Shown: in pieces, positions 58,310 to 64,000 of the stretch | How the letters are laid out: every line of letters starts with the position of its first letter | Position numbering within the stretch: position 1 is the stretch's first letter | Source of the DNA: Bacilli bacterium | GTDB lineage: Bacteria > Bacillota_I > Bacilli_A > RFN20 > CAG-826 | NCBI GenBank assembly: GCA_900767825.1 | Contig: CAAGAN010000028.1 | Coordinates: 619 to 64,618 of the forward strand | DNA: 64,000 bases | Direction: 5' to 3' | Translations under genes and position numbers: made by a program | The notes under the pieces: generated by a model | Database searches by the model: none | Seen by the model: only the letters and a program-made list of their open reading frames with translations | Told to the model about the DNA's origin: nothing

Positions 58310-59978
58310 GAAAAGTCTTTTGCTAGATTATTTAATCTCGTTGATATTATCGATTTCTTTGCTTGCTTCTTCTTTTTTCCTAACTAAATTTGAAAGCGAG
58401 AATGAAGCCAAATCGAGTCTAAATTATTACGGGAACGAAGTATCTAGTATCTATCTAACTAGCAAAGACTTAGACCAGATAAAGACATACTTTTCTAAAA
58501 TTGAGGGGATACGTATATCAATATTCGATTTAAATGCCTCGGTTTTATTAGATATAAATACCTTAGATAAAACTACTTCCGTTGAAGATAGAAAAGACGA
58601 ACTAGAAGTTAATGTAAATAAATATTATTACAAGGACTCCTTAACATTAGGCTATCCTGTCTTTTATTATTGCATTAAAAATGATGATTCCTATATAAGA
58701 GTAGGAATGGCAAAAAGCAAAGTCGAGGAAACTTCTTCTAAAGTATTGCTATATGGGTCACTTATATTGATTCTAATCGAAGGAATATATTTCTATTTTA
58801 AATATAGGTCATACAAGAATAGCCTTTCTAAAATTAATAAAGAAATATCTAAACTAGAAGCATTGTCTAATGTTTCTTCTCCTATAAAAGAGCAAGAATC
58901 ATTACTTGAATTAGATAAGGCGATTGAAAATGTCTCTTTAGAATTAGAAGAAAAGATGGATAGCCTTAAAAGAGAATCCAACAAGACCCAATATGTATTA
59001 GATTCAATGGAAGAAGGCTTACTAGTATTAGATAAAGATGGCTCGGTAATATTGGTTAATAAATATCTTTTAGATGTTCTTAATCTAGATAAATTAGATT
59101 TAACTAATAAACATTATAGGCATCTATTATTAGGAGAGAAATTCGACCAAATAATAAAGGATACTTTAGAAAAAGGCACTTCTACAATTGATATAAATAT
59201 AGGTAATAAGATATATGCCTTATTTTCTAATGAAATACCTCTTTCTTGGCTAGATGATGGGAAGAATAAAGGGATATCGATTATCTTCCTTGATGTAACT
59301 TCTAGTAGAAACAATGAACAAATAAAGAAGGAATTCTTCCAAAATGCCTCTCATGAATTAAAGACCCCGTTAACTACAATTATTGGTTATAGCGAGCTTC
59401 TTTCCGCTCATCTAATAAAAGATAAGAAAGAAATAACAAATGCCGAACTAGCCATAAATAAAGAAAGTAAAAGAATGAAAAACGTCATTGATGACATGCT
59501 TTCTTTATCAACATTAGAGGCTAAAATGGATAAAGAAGATAAAACTAACCTAGATTTAAAACAGCTAATTGAAGAGACCATATCTTCTTTCTCTTACCAA
59601 ATAAAGGAAAAGAATATAGAAGTCTCCACTTCTTTAGATAAGGTAAATTTACTTATATCAAAAGATGAATTTGAAAGATTATTCAGGAACTTATTTTCTA
59701 ATGCGATTATCTATAACAAATTAAACGGGAAGATAAATGTCGAATTAAGAAAGAATTACCTAAAAGTATCCGACTCTGGCATAGGAATTGATGAAAAAGA
59801 TAAAGATGCCATATTTACTAGATTCTACAGGGTTGATAAATCTAGAAGCCGTGAAGAAGGTGGGACTGGATTAGGTTTAGCTATTGTAAAACATATCTGT
59901 ATCAATAACGGATTCAAAATAAAATTAGATTCAAGGTTAGAAGAAGGATCTACGTTTACTATTTATTTTAAGCCCTAA
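58302..59978 (+). CDS. phoR: sensor histidine kinase (PhoR-like)
   Basis: Two TM segments. H-box ASHELKTPLT, N-box NAIIYN, G1 DSGIGI, G2 GGTGLGLAI. The symbol is assigned from operon context. Confidence 0.85.
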   Translation: MSKKSLLLDYLISLILSISLLASSFFLTKFESENEAKSSLNYYGNEVSSIYLTSKDLDQIKTYFSKIEGIRISIFDLNASVLLDINTLDKTTSVEDRKDELEVNVNKYYYKDSLTLGYPVFYYCIKNDDSYIRVGMAKSKVEETSSKVLLYGSLILILIEGIYFYFKYRSYKNSLSKINKEISKLEALSNVSSPIKEQESLLELDKAIENVSLELEEKMDSLKRESNKTQYVLDSMEEGLLVLDKDGSVILVNKYLLDVLNLDKLDLTNKHYRHLLLGEKFDQIIKDTLEKGTSTIDINIGNKIYALFSNEIPLSWLDDGKNKGISIIFLDVTSSRNNEQIKKEFFQNASHELKTPLTTIIGYSELLSAHLIKDKKEITNAELAINKESKRMKNVIDDMLSLSTLEAKMDKEDKTNLDLKQLIEETISSFSYQIKEKNIEVSTSLDKVNLLISKDEFERLFRNLFSNAIIYNKLNGKINVELRKNYLKVSDSGIGIDEKDKDAIFTRFYRVDKSRSREEGGTGLGLAIVKHICINNGFKIKLDSRLEEGSTFTIYFKP

Positions 59979-61397
59979 ATAGATCATCAAGAGTAACAAC
60001 ATTAGAAAATATGCTGCTATATTCATTTTTGAATAGGCCGAAAGTTGTAATCAAAGTGTTATGGACGACAAATTTCTTTGAAATAGAGTCAGAAAGCAAC
60101 GTTTGCCTGCCCATTATCTTTTTATAATATTCCTTACTTACCTTGAAATCATCGCTGTAGTATTTGATTTCACACATATTTATTATGTTGTCATTCCTTT
60201 TGATTAATAAATCTATTTGAGTTCCTTCTTCATCACCGTTTCGCTTTGACCATGCACTGCTTTCGGTAATAACAGCAGGTATACCAAGGGCAAATTTAAT
60301 CTGGTCTATGTGATTAAAGCAAGCATTCTCGAAAGCAAATCCTCTCCACGAAGTCAAGGATGGAGAAGTTACATTTTGTTGCCAAAATTGGTTATTTAAT
60401 CTAGATTTGCCTTCTAAGAAATGCAAATAGAAGATGCAAAAAGGGTCAATCAATTTATAATGCACTTCTCTTTTCCCACATCCAAAAGGAACATATGCAG
60501 CGACGAAATCGCTTGAAACCAAAGCGTTGAGGTTGCTAGACAATATTGAACCATCGGCAATCCCTACTTTTTCTACAATTTCCTTTCTTGTATAGCCAGC
60601 ATTTCTAGTATAAAGGAATTTTACAATGGATTTAACTACTTCTGAATCAGAGAACATTGAAGAAAAAAGACGCTTGAATTCATCTTTGAAAACACCATGC
60701 GATTTAAAGAATAAATTGTCAATATTCTGGGCTAAGCTCAATTCAGGCTTAATATAGCCCATATAATAAGGAATACCTCCAAAGATCATATAGCTTTGAG
60801 CAATGTCATATCTTGATAATCCCACATTGTTGCTCTTATAGAATTGTTCGCACTCATTCAAATTAAAAGGTGATAGCTTTATTACATAAGTCAATCTGTT
60901 ATATAAACCACCGTAATTATTTATGAGCTTGTTTTGTATCCATGAGTTTGCACTTCCGGAAACAATAACCATAAATTATCCCTATGTGAAGCCCAACCAT
61001 TCCAAAATGATTCAAAAGCTCTTACAAAGGATGATTTTGGGGTATCCATCCAAGGCAATTCATCGAGAAATACAACTTGCCTAGAGCCGTCAGCCTTGGA
61101 TTGAAGAAACTTCTCAAGAAGCAAAAAAGCATCAAACCAATTAGAAGGTCTTTTGCAATTATTAAGCCCATGCATCAATAAAGACCTATAGAAGCAATAT
61201 ACTTGTTCCTTAAGTAAAGGCCTATAACCAAAAGAAGGTGAAAGAGCAGCATGCCTAAAAGTTATCTTGTCTTTAAAAGCTTCTTCGATTAGGAAGGTCT
61301 TCCCAAGTCCTTTGCGACCATACAGCACAACTAATTCGCTTTTCTTACTATTATAAATAGCATTAAGGTCAAGCTTTTCTTTCTCTCTACCAATCAT
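59968..61397 (-). pseudogene. AAA-type ATP-binding protein (Arch_ATPase/DUF234-like with C-terminal nuclease-like region), disrupted by a frameshift near 60972
   Basis: The N-terminal ORF (MIGREKEKLDL...YGRKGLGKTFLIEE, Walker B VVFLDELPW) ends at 60921. The C-terminal ORF (VIVSGSANSWIQNKL...) continues in the -1 frame from 60972. The two ORFs read as one family member. Confidence 0.7.
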
Positions 61398-61431
61398 TAA
61401 TAAATGCCTCTTTATCAAGAGTAACCTCATT

Positions 61432-61477
61432 ATAAACCGCGGTCAATCAACAAAAATATCAGTTCACCGCGGTTTAT
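61432..61477. repeat. 12-bp perfect inverted repeat ATAAACCGCGGT ... ACCGCGGTTTAT separated by 22 nt
   Basis: Read directly from the sequence. Each arm carries the self-complementary core ACCGCGGT. It lies in the divergent region between the ATPase pseudogene and tex. Confidence 0.6.
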
Positions 61478-61604
61478 CAAATAAAAGTTGGCTTTTTATC
61501 GTACTTTATATTTAAATTAAAGTTCTGATAAAACCAAACTAATTTAATGCCCATAAATAAAATACATTCATCACCTATTATTCTTTTCTAGTAAAATAGC
61601 CCTT

Positions 61605-63755
61605 ATGGAAATTAATACTTACTTAGCAAACAAACTACAAATTGAATATAGACAAGTAAACGCCGTCTTAAAATTATTAGATGAAGGATGTTCTATCCCT
61701 TTCATCGCTAGATATAGAAAAGAAGAAACATCCAATTTAAGCGATGTCACCCTTAGACAGCTAGAAGAAGAGAAAGAAAAATTCGAGAAATTAGAAGAAA
61801 GAAAGAAAACTATCCTTGCTTCAATTGAAGAACAAGGGAAGTTAACTGATGAATTAAGATTAAAGATAACTCAATGCGAATCTTTGTCTCTGCTTGAAAC
61901 TATATATCGTCCATATAAACCTAAACGTTCTACCAGGGGTTCAATTGCTAGAGATAAAGGATTAGCCCCCTTAAGCGAATTTATCTTAAAGCAATCATCT
62001 TCTATAGGAGATTTATATAAATATGCTTCTACTTTTATCAATAAAGAAAAAGGATTAGATGATGTAAATACGATCATTAACATGGCAAAAGATATAATCG
62101 CAGAAGATATATCAGATAATCCCTCCTTCTATTTATTTGCTAAAAGCTATATCAATAGGACTGCTAAACTTACTAGCAAGCAAACTAAAGAAGATATTGA
62201 TAACAAATATCTAAATTATGCTTCCTTTGCTTCTCCTATTTATAAAATTAGGCCATACCAAACTCTAGCATTGCTTAGAGGCAAGAAAGAAAAGAAATTA
62301 TCTTATTCATTCGATTATGATGAAATTACAATCATTAACGAGATATCTAGAAATGTAATTAAACGCAATTCACCTTATTTTGAATTATTAAAAGAAACTA
62401 TTGTTGATTCATATAAAAGATTAATCAAACCATCGGTAGAAAATGAAATAATGTCTGATTTAACTACAAAGGCCGAAGATTCTTCTTTAGTTTTGTTTTC
62501 TAAAAACCTAAAGCAATTATTATTAGAACCCCCATTAAAGAATAAACAAATACTAGGATTTGATCCTGGGTTTAGGAATGGCTGCAAATTGGCATTAATC
62601 AATAAGCAAGGCGATGTAATTGAAACTACAATTATCTATCCAACAATCGGAAAAGAAAAAGAAGCCGAGAATATATTGCTTTCAATGTATAAACAATATG
62701 GCTTTGATATTGTTGCATTAGGAAACGGGACTGCTTCAAGAGAATCAGAAGCATTCCTAAACAAATTTATTGAGAATAACAATCTAAAAGAAAAAATAGA
62801 GATATCAATTGTAAATGAATCTGGTGCCTCTATTTATAGTGCTTCCCCTTTAGCAATTAAAGAATTCCCTAATATGGATATAGACGAACGCAGTGCAGTA
62901 TCTTTAGCTAGACGTTTATTAGATCCAATCTCGGAATTAGTAAAGATTCCACCTGAATCAATTGGAGTTGGCCAATATCAACATGACTTAGACCAGAAAA
63001 GACTAAAGCAGACATTAAGCGCCACTACGATTGATACAGTCAATGAAGTCGGGGTATATCTAAATACTTCTTCTATTTCTTTACTTAAATATGTATCGGG
63101 ATTAAATGAGAAGATGGCCACTAGTATTGTTGAATATAGGAATGTCAATGGACCATTTAAGGAAAGAAAAGAATTACTTAAAGTCAAAGGGATTGGAGAA
63201 AAGACTTATATGGATGCGATTGGCTTCCTTCGTATAGAAAATTCAAATCCATTAGAAAAAACTAGCGTACATCCTAAAGACTATAATTCCACTTTCGCTT
63301 TGCTTAAATTATTAAATATAAGCCTAGATTCTTTAGGTAAAGATGAATCTAATGAAAAATTAGACAACCTAGATAATCTAGATGAACTAGGTAAGAAACT
63401 TAATCTAGGAATCTATACTTTAAAAGACATCATCGAAGAACTTAAAAAGCCAGGCAGGGATCCTAGAGAAAAAGTAATAACTGCTAAGCTAGATAGTTCA
63501 GTTAAAGACATCAAGGATTTAAAGATGGGGATGGAATTATTTGGAACAGTTAGGAATCTTTCTGACTTTGGGGCCTTTATTGATATAGGTGTCCATCAAG
63601 ATGGTTTGGTACATATATCTGAAATATCTTCTTCTTTTATTAAACACCCTTCTGAAAAGCTATCTTTAGGAGAGATAGTAAAAGTCAAAGTAATCGGGAT
63701 TGATTTAGATAGAAAACGTATATCTTTATCAATTAAGCAAGTTAACTCAAAATAG
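61605..63755 (+). CDS. tex: Tex-family transcription accessory protein (S1 RNA-binding domain protein)
   Basis: 716 aa. N-terminal LLDEGCSIPFIARYRKEET, a YqgF-like and HhH middle part, and a C-terminal S1 domain GTVRNLSDFGAFIDIGVHQDGLVHISE. Confidence 0.92.
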   Translation: MEINTYLANKLQIEYRQVNAVLKLLDEGCSIPFIARYRKEETSNLSDVTLRQLEEEKEKFEKLEERKKTILASIEEQGKLTDELRLKITQCESLSLLETIYRPYKPKRSTRGSIARDKGLAPLSEFILKQSSSIGDLYKYASTFINKEKGLDDVNTIINMAKDIIAEDISDNPSFYLFAKSYINRTAKLTSKQTKEDIDNKYLNYASFASPIYKIRPYQTLALLRGKKEKKLSYSFDYDEITIINEISRNVIKRNSPYFELLKETIVDSYKRLIKPSVENEIMSDLTTKAEDSSLVLFSKNLKQLLLEPPLKNKQILGFDPGFRNGCKLALINKQGDVIETTIIYPTIGKEKEAENILLSMYKQYGFDIVALGNGTASRESEAFLNKFIENNNLKEKIEISIVNESGASIYSASPLAIKEFPNMDIDERSAVSLARRLLDPISELVKIPPESIGVGQYQHDLDQKRLKQTLSATTIDTVNEVGVYLNTSSISLLKYVSGLNEKMATSIVEYRNVNGPFKERKELLKVKGIGEKTYMDAIGFLRIENSNPLEKTSVHPKDYNSTFALLKLLNISLDSLGKDESNEKLDNLDNLDELGKKLNLGIYTLKDIIEELKKPGRDPREKVITAKLDSSVKDIKDLKMGMELFGTVRNLSDFGAFIDIGVHQDGLVHISEISSSFIKHPSEKLSLGEIVKVKVIGIDLDRKRISLSIKQVNSK

Positions 63756-63766
63756 CAAGTTTTTTG

Positions 63767-63826
63767 AATAATGTGTAATCATTGCACGTTTTTAAGTTCA
63801 ATAACGTGTAACAGTTGCACGTTTTT
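63767..63826 (+). terminator. two tandem copies of a 27-nt hairpin + T5 module downstream of tex
   Basis: Copy 1 is AATAATGTGTAATCATTGCACGTTTTT (63767..63793). Copy 2 is AATAACGTGTAACAGTTGCACGTTTTT (63800..63826). Each folds into a 6-7-bp stem with a 3-nt loop followed by TTTTT. Confidence 0.5.
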
Positions 63827-63872
63827 CAATTATTTTCTAGCCTGCCCTTCTTTTTCCTAATATAATTAAGAC

Positions 63873-64000
63873 ATGGATATAAGAAGAAAATTAGAAAAAG
63901 ATTTAAACAAATGGAAAGCTTCTCCAACTAGAAACCCCCTTCTTATCTATGGGGCAAGGCAAGTAGGAAAAACCTATTTGATAAATGATATCTGGGGGAA
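63873..64000 (+). CDS. AAA-family ATPase (AAA_14/DUF4143-like), N-terminal fragment continuing beyond the window
   Basis: My translation from ATG 63873 reads MDIRRKLEKDLNKWKASPTRNPLLIYGARQVGKTYLINDIWG, which includes a P-loop. The ORF is open to the window end. Confidence 0.65.
   Translation, partial: MDIRRKLEKDLNKWKASPTRNPLLIYGARQVGKTYLINDIWG

Noticed and set aside
60965-60981. Programmed -1 ribosomal frameshift in the AAA ATPase gene.
   Set aside because: There is no canonical slippery heptamer, and stop codons sit directly upstream in the acceptor frame. I did not identify a downstream stimulatory structure. A mutation or a homopolymer sequencing error is more parsimonious.
1-64000. A search by eye for CRISPR arrays, tRNA or rRNA genes, transposases, integrases, phage genes, toxin-antitoxin pairs and known defence genes.
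   Set aside because: No regularly spaced direct repeats, cloverleaf-like segments in intergenic regions, or recognisable mobile or defence protein motifs were seen. The only non-coding RNAs supported are rnpB and the FMN riboswitch.

Overview
Low-GC, AT-rich bacterial chromosome segment. It uses the standard genetic code: TGA serves as a stop at several ATGA start/stop overlaps and Trp is TGG. The window is dominated by core housekeeping genes with Bacilli/Mollicutes-like synteny. I could not place the organism more precisely. Many Ser/Thr-linker lipoproteins, a compact type-B RNase P RNA, an alMGS-like glycolipid synthase and oversized Pst permeases suggest an Acholeplasma/RF39/Erysipelotrichia-like lineage.

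Content, left to right:
- A partial MacB-like ABC gene.
- A long overlapping minus-strand string: rny-ymdB-miaB-miaA-tcdA-fhs-DUF951.
- recA, cinA/pncC, pgsA, rnpB (RNase P RNA) and gpsB.
- An exonuclease-recU pair, then nth, dnaD, a very short CCA-type nucleotidyltransferase, hup, der and cmk.
- A ferredoxin, and an FMN riboswitch controlling ribU.
- A gap-free sufCDSUB-mnmG-rsmG-parA-parB array.
- Two PrsA-like lipoproteins and a HIT protein.
- A yhaM-recX-glycosyltransferase-flippase-like string behind a TetR gene.
- DegV, an SDR and hypothetical proteins.
- A three-gene lipoprotein operon that includes a BspA-type LRR protein.
- recN, a C69 dipeptidase and an ABC-2-like exporter.
- A complete pstSCAB-phoU-phoPR operon preceded by Pho boxes.
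- A frameshifted AAA ATPase, tex, and the start of a second AAA ATPase.

I found no CRISPR array, transposase, integrase, phage module or recognisable defence island. The window therefore looks mostly ordinary.

The observations I consider most worth following up:
1. A MiaB protein with a C-terminal YmcA/YlbF-like domain, sitting in the same gene string as RNase Y.
2. A recurrent TATAAT-N6-8-start-codon arrangement without a Shine-Dalgarno sequence in front of several genes, suggesting leaderless mRNAs.
3. A 202-aa head-only CCA-type nucleotidyltransferase.
4. A perfect 21-bp palindrome between a TetR gene and a membrane-glycolipid gene string.
5. An uncharacterised surface-lipoprotein operon.

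All functional calls come from motif and pattern recognition by eye. No database search or numerical computation was run.
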